DNA of 64,000 nt from Nanobdellota archaeon (GCA_018221045.1 JAAOXT010000004.1:25117-89116); one strand, 5' to 3'; counted from the stretch's first letter, positions 56,703 to 63,627 are shown. Made by a program: numbers and translations. The notes: generated from the letters alone by a model not told the origin.

Positions 56703-58505
56703 TTATGTTCCTCCCGCCCAATTGCAGAAATCTGTGTTGTCAGTGCAGTAACCGTCTGGCCCGCAACAATAACTTATCGGACAGCCGTCTTCAGCGCCAA
56801 GCATTGTCGGGTCTTCCGAGTCGTGAGTGCATTGCTTGCATTGGTTGAAGTCTTGGCAAAAACAGTTTGGTTGCTCGCAGGAACCGTGTTTTGGAATGCA
56901 TGGCCCGCACTCGCCGGTTTCTAAGCAACAATTGTTTGTGTTGATGTCATCAAACGTTTTTGAAACGCATCCTTTGCGCGGGTCGTCTTCTTCATTCACG
57001 CTTCCGTCGCAGGAAGGGTAGTGCGTGACAACACAGTTTTCTTGGGATGTCAGGATTATTCTATCATCGTCGTGGGATAAGGTGTTTAGACTGTCAGCGC
57101 ACACTTCGTAATCCAGGGACGCGTCAAGAGTTGTGCACCAGTCACTCCACGAATAAATTGCTGTTATTACGTGAGGGACATCAATCATTAGTTCGAATCC
57201 TTTGCTCGTCACGTCTTTTTTCAAGTTCACGCAGATCTCGTTGACCCATCCTCCATCGATTCCTCCCACTCCGAACTCGTATCTTACCAATGGTTGTTCG
57301 GATATTGTTTGGGTTTCTGGACTAGTGTATTCTGCTGGGATTAATCTTGAAGTTATGCCTTCCACGCTTTCTAACTCTGGGTAAAATGTTTTGACGTTGC
57401 CGATTGAATACGCTATGTTTGGAATTGGAAGGTTTTCGTTCGCGTTTTTTAAAGAGGTTTCAGTGGTTGGTTCACCGTCTTGTTCGATCCACGTGAAAAG
57501 TCCCTTCGGGCTCATAATTTGTTTTTGCTGACAAATCACCAGTGTTTCATCGTGGCAGTGACCATCCTGCCCGCAGTAATAAGTTTCAGGACATCCTTCC
57601 TCGCTTCCTGATTCTGAAGGGTTGTCAGGGTTGTACGTGCAGGGCACGCATTCGTACGAACCTGACACTCGTTTACAGTACTCGTTGTCTTGACAATCAT
57701 CGCACCAACATCTGTTAACAGTACCAACAGTACCCGTTCCTATTTCCAACAATTTTTCGGCATTTGTTAAACCAGTGCATGGAGGATTGTAAGATTGTCC
57801 GTTCGTGTCGGAAAAATTTATTCTGAACCCGGGGGTTAGGCTGAGGCTTGTTGTTTTATTGGTGAACACGCTGTTCTCCATTTGCGCGTAAACGCTCATC
57901 ACGTCCTGTAATAACCTTATCATTCCCACGTCTTCCGCAATGATTACGGGCGTCGTGCCCTCCTTATCGAAGAACAGTCCGCTTGTCAGCGAATCGTAAA
58001 AAGTTCTTCTTTGTTTGGATACGAGAACCGAATCTGTTCTTGGTTGAATGTATAATGGAATGCTTTGTCTTTCAAGGGCTTTTTCTTCAGCGAAGTCTGC
58101 GAAGTGCTGGCTTGTTGGAAAGCTTTGGCTTCTCTTTTCCTCGTCAACAGTGTACTCAACTTTCATGGACTCGTAGGCAAGCGTGTTCACGCCTTGAGTG
58201 CAAGGAGCTGGAGTGGTTTTAACGAAAGCAGGGTCCAGTCTTAACGAGGTTATGTTGATTTCTTCTCCTTGGCAATAGTAAATTCCTTGTTCCCATTTGC
58301 AGTCCGGCGTGCCGTAGTACAGCACGTAAACGTTGTCCGGGACGGCTGTGCAAGCTTCTCTTAGGGATGCAACGTCGTAAACGAGCAGAGCCATTTTTTT
58401 TCCCATGTCAAAGCTTGGCGCCATCATTCTTTGAACGACGAACGCTGACCCCACCACTAGTATCGCTGCCGCGACCAGTGCTCCTACTGTTTCTATTGAC
58501 GTCAA
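56703..58505 (-). CDS. Cluster gene O: 600-aa Cys-rich protein with an N-terminal helix (MTSIETVGALVAAAILVVGSAFVV) and an internal Cys-knot repeat
   Basis: The repeat CVPCTYNPDNPSESGSEEGCPETYYCGQDGHCHD resembles CKQCTHDSEDPTMLGAEDGCPISYCCGPDGYCTD. Confidence 0.7.
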   Translation of the reverse strand: MTSIETVGALVAAAILVVGSAFVVQRMMAPSFDMGKKMALLVYDVASLREACTAVPDNVYVLYYGTPDCKWEQGIYYCQGEEINITSLRLDPAFVKTTPAPCTQGVNTLAYESMKVEYTVDEEKRSQSFPTSQHFADFAEEKALERQSIPLYIQPRTDSVLVSKQRRTFYDSLTSGLFFDKEGTTPVIIAEDVGMIRLLQDVMSVYAQMENSVFTNKTTSLSLTPGFRINFSDTNGQSYNPPCTGLTNAEKLLEIGTGTVGTVNRCWCDDCQDNEYCKRVSGSYECVPCTYNPDNPSESGSEEGCPETYYCGQDGHCHDETLVICQQKQIMSPKGLFTWIEQDGEPTTETSLKNANENLPIPNIAYSIGNVKTFYPELESVEGITSRLIPAEYTSPETQTISEQPLVRYEFGVGGIDGGWVNEICVNLKKDVTSKGFELMIDVPHVITAIYSWSDWCTTLDASLDYEVCADSLNTLSHDDDRIILTSQENCVVTHYPSCDGSVNEEDDPRKGCVSKTFDDINTNNCCLETGECGPCIPKHGSCEQPNCFCQDFNQCKQCTHDSEDPTMLGAEDGCPISYCCGPDGYCTDNTDFCNWAGGT

Positions 58506-58509
58506 AGTT

Positions 58510-59544
58510 TTATCCTCCTACTGCTTTGATGAATATTGGGTGAAAGACTCTTTCTTCGTTGCTATTCACTGTTTGGTATGCTTTTTCGTTTTGGGTTGCG
58601 CTTATCACTTCCGCGCTGGTTTCACTCCAACCCATGAGAATTGGTATGAACGCTTGTGACGGGTTCGACGGGTTTTTGAGTCCTATTATTGCTGGTGCGC
58701 CTTGGTTTTCGCAACCCAGTTCTGACAGTTTTTTGCATGTTATGATCTTGTTGAAGAATGGGAAGTCCATTGGCCAGGACGCTCCTGCAATGGAATAAGC
58801 AGACGCTAAGAACGTGGCCCTTGAGAATTCTTCCAGCGCAGTGTAGGCCGTGCCGTAAACTCCTTCAATATCGTAAGATATTGTTTCGCCATTAACGTTG
58901 TTCACGACTAAGTATGTCATGCTTCCTACCCCGAAAACATTTTTTTCAGGGGTGAAAGCGTAATCCTTTGTTCCCACCATGTCAATTGCCTTCGTGTTTT
59001 GGTCAAAGATGGGTTGTTCTCCTCCAAAAAAATAAAGAAAATTGTTATCTGATGGAGGAGTGCTCTGGCCTAAACTCATTATCCAGTTAAGAACATCCAT
59101 AAACGTGTTAGTGTTCACGCTAGCTAAGCAGACGCAGTTATCACCTATTATTCCTCCTGTTCCCGCTGCAACGTTTGCATTGCACTTTTGGAGTTCTCCT
59201 TCAAATTTTTGTTTTTCCTGCGCTAATTGCTCGGACTTGTCAACAGACCATATCCAAAAGCTCTGCATTGTTGGAAGTTGTTCGTAATCTTCTCCCAAAG
59301 TATCAATTTCGGGGTGCGTTTGTATTATCATATAACCATAAGGTATTTTGAAGCCCGTGTCCGCCGCGTAACCGTTATCGCAGGCTCCTTGCAGCACTCT
59401 AGTGAATTTTGCGAAGCTAGCTCTGGCCTCAGCCCCTGCAAGAAAGCTTATTCCTCCTGAAACAACTATTGCTCCTACAACGAGAACAAACACTAAAACT
59501 AGCACGTCCTTAATTATTTCTCCATATAACAGCATTCTCGCCAT
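58510..59544 (-). CDS. Cluster gene N: 344-aa single-pass protein, paralog of gene L
   Basis: SFAKFTRVLQGACDNGYA, YMIIQTHPE and CVCLASVN align with AFEKFTTGISSACVNGYA, WNIIQVYPD and CLCLIRAP in gene L. Confidence 0.7.
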   Translation of the reverse strand: MARMLLYGEIIKDVLVLVFVLVVGAIVVSGGISFLAGAEARASFAKFTRVLQGACDNGYAADTGFKIPYGYMIIQTHPEIDTLGEDYEQLPTMQSFWIWSVDKSEQLAQEKQKFEGELQKCNANVAAGTGGIIGDNCVCLASVNTNTFMDVLNWIMSLGQSTPPSDNNFLYFFGGEQPIFDQNTKAIDMVGTKDYAFTPEKNVFGVGSMTYLVVNNVNGETISYDIEGVYGTAYTALEEFSRATFLASAYSIAGASWPMDFPFFNKIITCKKLSELGCENQGAPAIIGLKNPSNPSQAFIPILMGWSETSAEVISATQNEKAYQTVNSNEERVFHPIFIKAVGG

Positions 59545-59555
59545 TTTTTTTTTGT

Positions 59556-59750
59556 TTAAGACACTTTTATTTGGGTTAATCCTTCACTAGCGTTGCCTAA
59601 CAAGTTTTCAGAGCCTTGTGTGACGTTCCCGATGTTAGCTTTTCCAGACTCAATGTTCGGAAATATGAACAAGATTACCACAACCGCAACTATCAGGATT
59701 ATTATTAGTGTAAAAACCATTTTAAAACTCATTTCCGATCCCTTTTTCAT
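59556..59750 (-). CDS. Cluster gene M: 64-aa pilin-like protein (MKKG|SEMSFKMVFTLIIILIVAVVVILFIF)
   Basis: KG leader, hydrophobic helix and a short polar tail. Confidence 0.6.
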   Translation of the reverse strand: MKKGSEMSFKMVFTLIIILIVAVVVILFIFPNIESGKANIGNVTQGSENLLGNASEGLTQIKVS

Positions 59751-59791
59751 TGGTTTAAATCAAAGTGTTCAGAATTAATAAAAGTTCTTCT

Positions 59792-60748
59792 CTAGCTCGG
59801 AGTGCTCATGTACACTGGTTCAAAAGTGCTGGAGGACTCTGATTTTTCAAAAGTGATCAGTGAAGCTTGAGAGTTCTCCACTATCATGAACACAGGATTC
59901 AAGTCCATACCTTCTTTCATGGCGAGGATTGCTGAATTGTTGTAAAAGTTGGGTTGCGCGTTTCCGCATTTCATGGAGTTCATTGACGTGCAGGCCTCGA
60001 ACTTATCGATGAATACTAACGGCCACTTAGTAAGAGAATCAATTCCTATCAATAATGATACTGGTGTGAAAAAGTAGATTGTGTCAAGGCTTTTCAGGAC
60101 CGCGTAATCGCTTTTTTCAGGGTTGTGGAAATCTTGTTTCAGAAAGCTTATGTAATAAGGAATTACTTCGTTTCCGTTGTTCGAATCTATTTTAGGAAGA
60201 GGGTTTGGTGCATAGCTCATGATTCTAAGGTTTCTGAAGTTTTTAGTGGTTATTAGCGGCACGGGTACTTCCCCTGAATTATACGCGTCACTATCTAAGT
60301 TCAGGTCAAGGATGGACGGCGCTCTTATGAGGCACAGGCAGGGCGAGCCAATGGCTTGTCCTGTTCCTTCCCTGAATTGGCTGTTGCAAGAGTTTTCCGT
60401 TGTGTTAGTTATGTCGATTACTCTTTGCACTTTGTTTCTTAGTGCTTCGAATAAAGGGGAGAAAACTATCATTCCTTCCTCCTCATTCAACTCGTTTACT
60501 ATGTCTTGCATTCTTTCAGCGTCAGGGTATACTTGTATTATGTTCCAATCATCTGACAGTGAGAAGTCCTCTATTTCCGCGTATCCATTCACGCATGCAG
60601 AGCTAATCCCTGTAGTGAATTTTTCGAAGGCTATGTGGGCGAAAACAGCTCCGAGTCCTGAGATTATGCCGAAAGCCACTACGGTTACAATTAGTATGAA
60701 CACTGCTAGGACGGCGAAGTCGAATATTAGGTTTCCCCAATCCTCCAT
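59792..60748 (-). CDS. Cluster gene L: 318-aa single-pass protein, paralog of gene N
   Basis: See gene N. The + strand ORF 60219-60755 is its antisense shadow. Confidence 0.7.
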   Translation of the reverse strand: MEDWGNLIFDFAVLAVFILIVTVVAFGIISGLGAVFAHIAFEKFTTGISSACVNGYAEIEDFSLSDDWNIIQVYPDAERMQDIVNELNEEEGMIVFSPLFEALRNKVQRVIDITNTTENSCNSQFREGTGQAIGSPCLCLIRAPSILDLNLDSDAYNSGEVPVPLITTKNFRNLRIMSYAPNPLPKIDSNNGNEVIPYYISFLKQDFHNPEKSDYAVLKSLDTIYFFTPVSLLIGIDSLTKWPLVFIDKFEACTSMNSMKCGNAQPNFYNNSAILAMKEGMDLNPVFMIVENSQASLITFEKSESSSTFEPVYMSTPS

Positions 60749-60800
60749 TGTTTAAGTAGAAGGGTTTTGCGCGTAAATAAAGGTTTTCCTGATATCATGA

Positions 60801-60828
60801 GTTATGATAAAGTGGTTATGATAAAGTG
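60801..60828. repeat. Perfect 14-nt tandem duplication GTTATGATAAAGTG x2 spanning the stop codon of gene K
   Basis: Read directly: 60801-60814 is identical to 60815-60828. Confidence 0.9.
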
Positions 60829-61220
60829 CAGGTCCCGTCAACGCATTCATAACCAGAGTAAATGCATTCACTGTTTTTTGTGCAGGGTCCTCCTCTCCAT
60901 CCACCGCAACTGCCGTCTGTCAGGCATCTTCCCACGTCTTCTCCGCTCTTGCACGGCCTGTTAATGCAATCCGGGTCGTCGCAGTCTATCAGGAAGTCGC
61001 CGTCATTGTCTTTTCCGTCAGCGCACTCGTTCTCAACTCCTGAAGCAGTAGTGCCTATGTCTCCTACTCTACCAGCGGTTTCCTCGCTTCCTTGAGCTGA
61101 TTGGCCGGATATTGAGCCGAAGCCTTGTGTTAGGAAACTTTGTTGGCTTGTAAAGAACACTATCGCAGCGATTAATACTACTAATGCGATTATTATCATC
61201 ACGATTTTATTGAATTCCAT
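60816..61220 (-). CDS. Cluster gene K: 134-aa pilin-like helix (MEFNKIVMIIIALVVLIAAIVFF) fused to a Cys-rich module
   Basis: CADGKDNDGDFLIDCDDPDC followed by PCKSGEDVGRCLTDGSCGGWRGGPCTKNSECIYSGYECVDGTC, which is paralogous to the C-terminus of gene J. Confidence 0.7.
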   Translation of the reverse strand: MEFNKIVMIIIALVVLIAAIVFFTSQQSFLTQGFGSISGQSAQGSEETAGRVGDIGTTASGVENECADGKDNDGDFLIDCDDPDCINRPCKSGEDVGRCLTDGSCGGWRGGPCTKNSECIYSGYECVDGTCTLS

Positions 61221-61241
61221 CTTTTTTTGGGTTGGTTTTTT

Positions 61242-61259
61242 AAAAAAAAATAAAAAAAA
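61242..61259 (-). terminator. Oligo-T tracts (T8 and T9 on the coding strand) after gene J: candidate archaeal intrinsic terminator
   Basis: The + strand reads A9-T-A8. These are the longest T runs I noticed on the coding strand within the cluster. Confidence 0.4.
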
Positions 61260-61277
61260 TGTAAGTTTTTACTTTGT

Positions 61278-61682
61278 TTATGTTGGACAAGTCTCTGCAG
61301 TTATGCACGTGCCATCACAGCACATTTGACCTGAATACGAACAGTCCAGATTTTTTTCGCAAGGCCCGTTCATCCATCCTCCACAAACACCTATGGACAA
61401 GCATTCTCCTGTTTCGACACCTTCACTGCAGGGTTTTCCCAAGCAGGCCTTTAATTCACATTGTGGTGGTACAGGACATCCTGTTCCTGTTACAACTCCT
61501 GGCAGGCTTCCAATGGTTTCTTCTGTTTGAGAGCCTTGTTCGCCAGTGGCTGTGGATAGTCCTCCTAACCCTCCTGCTAGTGTTCCTAATTGGGATGTGA
61601 ATAATACAATCACTCCTATTATGACCACTATTATTATCAAGAGGGTTGCTATTGTTTGGAACTCCATTCCTTTGTTATTCAT
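61278..61682 (-). CDS. Cluster gene J: pilin-like protein with leader MNNKG|MEFQTIATLLIIIVVIIGVIVLF and a Cys-rich C-terminal module
   Basis: ATG 61682 lies 5 nt after the stop of gene I. ATG 61667 would start at MEFQTI, as in the paralogs. The track start 61697 is a GTG inside gene I. Confidence 0.7.
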   Translation of the reverse strand: MNNKGMEFQTIATLLIIIVVIIGVIVLFTSQLGTLAGGLGGLSTATGEQGSQTEETIGSLPGVVTGTGCPVPPQCELKACLGKPCSEGVETGECLSIGVCGGWMNGPCEKNLDCSYSGQMCCDGTCITAETCPT

Positions 61683-61687
61683 GATTA

Positions 61688-61882
61688 TTACGCGCACTCC
61701 GGGGCGTCCGGGTTTATGAAACAGTTAACGCTTCCTGTTGCTTCTGTTGTCGCATCCCCGCTGGTTGTTTGCAATTGTCCAGTCGCATCCCCTGCAGGAC
61801 CCATCTGGGTTACGAAAAATATTATGGCGACCACCGCGACTATCAAAATGATTATTAAAGTAAATATGGTTTGAAACTGCAT
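61688..61882 (-). CDS. Cluster gene I: 64-aa pilin-like protein (MQFQTIFTLIIILIVAVVAIIFF)
   Basis: ATG 61882 lies 1 nt after the stop of gene H and is preceded by GGAGGAG. The track start 61915 is a TTG inside gene H. The tail has 2 Cys (CFINPDAPEC). Confidence 0.65.
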   Translation of the reverse strand: MQFQTIFTLIIILIVAVVAIIFFVTQMGPAGDATGQLQTTSGDATTEATGSVNCFINPDAPECA

Positions 61883-61883
61883 T

Positions 61884-62120
61884 TTAAACTCCTCCCTCCA
61901 CGCATTGCCCGTCAACGCAAGTGAATCCTTCGTCGCATTGAGCGTCTGAAGCGCAGAAATTGGTTATGGTTCCCGTGGCTACGGTGGATTGTTCTTGAGT
62001 CGCCCCGCTCAGTTCTTGTTGAGGCACCGTTAGCTGGCCGAATTGAGTTACGAAAACTATTATCACTGCAATGATGACTATAAGAATGATGAGCAATGTT
62101 GCTATAGTCTGGAATTCCAT
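61884..62120 (-). CDS. Cluster gene H: 78-aa pilin-like protein (MEFQTIATLLIILIVIIAVIIVF) with a 4-Cys tail
   Basis: Tail CASDAQCDEGFTCVDGQC. There is no in-frame upstream start before a stop codon (checked by hand). Confidence 0.65.
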   Translation of the reverse strand: MEFQTIATLLIILIVIIAVIIVFVTQFGQLTVPQQELSGATQEQSTVATGTITNFCASDAQCDEGFTCVDGQCVEGGV

Positions 62121-62146
62121 TTTCTTTCTTCTATTTTTAGTGCGTG

Positions 62147-62158
62147 TTTTTTAATAAA
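62147..62158 (-). promoter_or_regulatory. Candidate internal TATA box (TTTATTAAAAAA on the coding strand) ending 26 nt upstream of the gene H ATG
   Basis: AAAGTTTATTAAAAAAC resembles the GTTTATA-type elements upstream of lrp and the tRNAs. It implies a near-leaderless mRNA. Confidence 0.3.
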
Positions 62159-62173
62159 CTTTTTCATGATTTC

Positions 62174-62356
62174 TTAACCGCCAGGCGGGGTGTAACCCGA
62201 TATTAGGTCTCCTGCTTCAGTGGTTTTATCTCCTGTTTCCCCAGTTAATTCTTCTGTGGGAGCGTTCATGGTTCCGAACCCGGTTATGAAAAATATTATT
62301 ACCACTACCACGACTAGTATTATGATTAATAGCGTGAATATGGTTTGAAACTGCAT
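62174..62356 (-). CDS. Cluster gene G: 60-aa pilin-like protein (MQFQTIFTLLIIILVVVVVIIFF)
   Basis: Lies 7 nt after the stop of gene F. No in-frame upstream start. The polar tail has no Cys. Confidence 0.6.
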   Translation of the reverse strand: MQFQTIFTLLIIILVVVVVIIFFITGFGTMNAPTEELTGETGDKTTEAGDLISGYTPPGG

Positions 62357-62363
62357 TTTATTT

Positions 62364-62792
62364 TTATCTCGTTCTTGTGGAAGTTCTTCCCCCTGTTACG
62401 GTCGAGCGATCGCAGTCCGGTGAACCGGTCCAGCCGATAGTTCTTGTCTTGCCGTCTTGAGTGCTTGCAGTGCATGTTGGCAGGACTGCTTCGCAGTAAG
62501 TTGTTCTGAGTGTTCCTGTTTCGTCAGCTATGTCTAAGGATAGCGTGCAGTATCTCGAGTCCGACACGTCTTGCTTTGAGTAAACCATCAGGTTTAGTTC
62601 GTTGCATGCTTGCTGGCAGGAAGTTCTTAACGCGGTTAGGTCTGATCCTCCTGTCGCGCCCGCGCCAACAGTGCTTATCTGTCCGAAAAGTTGGGAGCCG
62701 CCTGTCATGAAGAACACTCCTATGACTATCAGCACAAGCAAAGCCATTATTATTATGATTATCATGTTTATGGGCATTCCTTGGGCTTTCAC
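62364..62792 (-). CDS. Cluster gene F: 142-aa pilin-like protein (MKAQG|MPINMIIIIIMALLVLIVIGVFF) with a 6-Cys globular part
   Basis: The track start is GTG 62792, which gives a KAQG leader. The first ATG (62777) would start at MPINM. Confidence 0.6.
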   Translation of the reverse strand: MKAQGMPINMIIIIIMALLVLIVIGVFFMTGGSQLFGQISTVGAGATGGSDLTALRTSCQQACNELNLMVYSKQDVSDSRYCTLSLDIADETGTLRTTYCEAVLPTCTASTQDGKTRTIGWTGSPDCDRSTVTGGRTSTRTR

Positions 62793-62829
62793 AACCTATT
62801 TTTTAGACGTTTAAACTTAAATACTTTAT

Positions 62830-63159
62830 TTAAGAAAGTTGCGCGCAAAACCCTTCTACGCAGTTTAAGCCCTGACAACATGGCTCTTCGCCTCCGCATT
62901 CTTGTCCGCTGGTCTTGCAAGTGCAAACGCTTTCCGAGCAATAAAATCCTCTGCAGCACTTTATTCCTTGTGACACGTCGCAGAAAGTTCCTTTTCCAAC
63001 GCATCCCGCAATGTTGGCAATGGTTGACGAGCCCGACTTGCCGAGTTCTTCTCCACCTTCTTTTACTTGTTCTAACGGGCTGAGACCAAGCAGGAAGGCC
63101 ACACCTATCATAAGTAGTGCTAAGATTAATACCATAACTAAGACTAATGAATTTTTCAT
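62830..63159 (-). CDS. Cluster gene E: 109-aa N-terminal helix plus two tandem 6-Cys knottin-like modules
   Basis: Module 1 is C-x6-C-x7-CC-x4-C-x4-C and module 2 is C-x6-C-x5-CC-x4-C-x4-C (CVGKGTFCDVSQGIKCCRGFYCSESVC-T-CKTSGQECGGEEPCCQGLNCVEGFC). Confidence 0.7.
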   Translation of the reverse strand: MKNSLVLVMVLILALLMIGVAFLLGLSPLEQVKEGGEELGKSGSSTIANIAGCVGKGTFCDVSQGIKCCRGFYCSESVCTCKTSGQECGGEEPCCQGLNCVEGFCAQLS

Positions 63160-63302
63160 GTTGAGGGTAATAAACTGGTTGGTATTTGTGAGTAGGCTTG
63201 GGCTTGGTCTTTAGATGTTTCGAGCATTGGAACCCCGAATAAAAGGACTATTACAAGCATTATCAGGGCGAGCACTATTATTATTATTGTTTTCATTTCC
63301 AT
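63156..63302 (-). CDS. Cluster gene D: 48-aa pilin-like protein, absent from the ORF track
   Basis: Hand translation gives MEMKTIIIIVLALIMLVIVLLFGVPMLETSKDQAQAYSQIPTSLLPST. The stop overlaps the gene E ATG (ATGA). Confidence 0.55.
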   Translation of the reverse strand: MEMKTIIIIVLALIMLVIVLLFGVPMLETSKDQAQAYSQIPTSLLPST

Positions 63303-63305
63303 TGT

Positions 63306-63449
63306 TTATTCACCGAATAATCCGAACGCTAAATCGTTCATTTTCCCGCCTTGCTCTTGAGCTTGACCTAAATATTGGATTCCTAACATGACTAGCATCG
63401 CTACGAACATTACTATAAGAATCATTATCATCACTGTTTTCAGTTCCAT
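63306..63449 (-). CDS. Cluster gene C: 47-aa pilin-like protein, absent from the ORF track
   Basis: Hand translation gives MELKTVMIMILIVMFVAMLVMLGIQYLGQAQEQGGKMNDLAFGLFGE. Lies 7 nt after the stop of gene B and 3 nt before the gene D ATG. Confidence 0.55.
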   Translation of the reverse strand: MELKTVMIMILIVMFVAMLVMLGIQYLGQAQEQGGKMNDLAFGLFGE

Positions 63450-63456
63450 TTGCTTA

Positions 63457-63627
63457 TTATCCCCATCCCATGCTTTGGCCCATAGCGTTTATGACTGTCC
63501 CGCTCTGCTCCCTCCAAGGAGTGATTAAGAATATTATTAATAAAACCGCAATGACTAATCCTATCACAACCAGTATTATTATGAACGTCTGGTCTATCTC
63601 GAAACGGGCCTTATTATTTAATTTCAT
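63457..63627 (-). CDS. Cluster gene B: 56-aa pilin-like protein (MKLNNKA|RFEIDQTFIIILVVIGLVIAVLLIIF)
   Basis: ATG 63627 overlaps the stop of gene A (ATGA). The track start 63660 lies inside gene A. Confidence 0.6.
   Translation of the reverse strand: MKLNNKARFEIDQTFIIILVVIGLVIAVLLIIFLITPWREQSGTVINAMGQSMGWG

Noticed and set aside
60219-60755. Plus-strand 178-aa ORF
   Set aside because: It is antisense to cluster gene L. Gene L has a clear paralog (N) on the minus strand, whereas the + translation is S/L-rich with no features.
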